The notes under the pieces were generated by a model. It was given only the letters and a program-made list of their open reading frames with translations. It ran no database searches and was not told the DNA's origin. Of a stretch of 64,000 bases of DNA, positions 63,846-64,000 are shown piece by piece; position 1 is the first letter of the stretch, and every line of letters starts with the position of its first letter. Source of the DNA: Azolla caroliniana (Eukaryota > Plantae > Polypodiophyta); contig JBHGNT010000020.1 of the NCBI GenBank assembly GCA_043228905.1, positions 3,410,001 to 3,474,000 of the forward strand, read 5' to 3'. Both the position numbers and the translations under genes were made by a program.

Positions 63846-64000
63846 AATGTAATATTTTTGGTCTCATAGGTCATATTTGATCTCCGAAGACGATAATATA
63901 ATCTATCTATCTATCTATCTCGGGATGACACACCCGAAACCGCTGGTCCCAACGTTCCAGTTCCGCGATCGGTATCTCGGCCTCGTCCTTGGTCGTTCTA

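Larger units (their letters stand above)
59306..63922. mobile_element. Near-complete LINE (RTE-X-like) with a 5' inversion
   Basis: 5' UTR, ORF1 and most of ORF2 lie on the minus strand (63594 to about 59309). The ORF2 C-terminus, 3' UTR and (ATCT)5 tail lie on the plus strand (63595-63920). Flanking repeat ATCTCG. Confidence 0.92.
58215..64000 (-). mobile_element. LTR of the same family as solo LTR 45891-46644, interrupted by a LINE; continues past the window end
   Basis: 58215-58857 is the reverse complement of about 46037-46644 (end ...AACAACGCGACA). GC-rich sequence continues to 59305 and resumes at 63923. Confidence 0.78.

Overview
Eukaryotic nuclear DNA from a land plant. A non-seed plant (fern, lycophyte or bryophyte) is likely, but that is only an inference from the mix of Tcn1/sushi-like chromoviruses and an RTE-X-like LINE. 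One intact host gene is present: an 18-exon carnosine N-methyltransferase (CARNMT1/N2227-like) gene, CDS 14443-25758 (+), about 485 aa. It sits in an AT-rich island between two nests of retrotransposons. The left nest (1-13400) holds Gypsy and Copia remnants, a solo LTR and an RT-deleted Copia. The right nest (28999-64000) holds a Copia with a Gypsy inside it, three copies of one chromovirus family (two head-to-head), solo LTRs with 4-bp TSDs, and a near-complete LINE. Most notable signals: (1) antisense tRNA-like Pol III A/B-box modules in the U3 of unrelated LTR families; (2) tRNA-independent self-priming sites that covary with the LTR transcript start in four elements; (3) a LINE with a nearly base-perfect twin-priming inversion; (4) a -1 frameshift stem/pseudoknot conserved across two families; (5) an unannotated accessory ORF downstream of Gypsy integrase. 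All coordinates were read by eye and no database searches were run.
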